From Chiloscyllium plagiosum (lineage: Eukaryota), in assembly GCF_004010195.1 (NCBI RefSeq), contig NC_057720.1, positions 8,783,512-8,803,511 on the forward strand: 20,000 bases of DNA. The letters run 5' to 3'. Of the stretch, positions 19,755 to 20,000 are shown piece after piece. Made by a program: the position numbers and the translations under genes. The notes below the pieces were generated by a model that was not told the DNA's origin, ran no database searches, and was given only the letters and a program-made list of their open reading frames with translations. How positions within the stretch are numbered: position 1 is the first letter of the stretch; each line of letters opens with the position of its first letter.

Positions 19755-20000
19755 TCCCCCTTAGTCCAAGAACTCCCCACCTACATCCGGGACACCACCC
19801 ATGCCCTCCACCTCCTCCATGATTTTCGCTTCCCCGGTCCCCAACGCCTTATCTTCACCATGGACACCCAGTCCCTTTACACCTCCATCCTCCATCACGA
19901 AGGACTCAAAGCCCTCCGCTTCTTCCTTTCCCGCCGTACCGACCAGTACCCTTCCACTGACACCCTCCTCCGACTGACGGAACTGGTCCTCACCCTGAAC
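19755..20000 (+). mobile_element. Penelope-like element reverse transcriptase fragment (runs off window end)
   Basis: Stop-free frame SPLVQELPTYIRDTTHALHLLHDFRFPGPQRLIFTMDTQSLYTSILHHEGLKALRFFL...LTELVLTLN. YIRDT and MDxxSLYTSI are Penelope RT motifs. Not in the ORF track. Confidence 0.88.

Overview
Repeat-dense vertebrate non-coding (intergenic or intronic) DNA. The SINE and LINE families point to a cartilaginous fish, probably a shark (inference from recalled HE1 SINE sequence). No host protein-coding gene can be supported. The main feature is a full-length but decayed ~6.6 kb LTR retrotransposon on the minus strand (9664-16277). Its domain order is gag(SCAN-like capsid, CCHC)-protease-integrase-RT-RNaseH, i.e. 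a Gmr1-type Ty3/gypsy element with integrase upstream of RT. It has two LTRs, a PPT, a CpG-decayed 4-bp TSD and an apparently tandem-duplicated tRNA-Pro PBS. The flanks hold HE1-like SINEs, a second tRNA-derived SINE family, CR1 and Rex/Babar LINE 3' fragments, and a Penelope-like RT fragment with an inverted 5' piece. There are also about eight short Penelope pLTR-like units. Several carry hammerhead-ribozyme cores, one pair forms a hairpin, and several are tiny insertions with target duplications (one of 123 bp) that end near the predicted ribozyme cleavage site. Most parts belong to known element classes; any novelty lies in the local architecture and is unverified.
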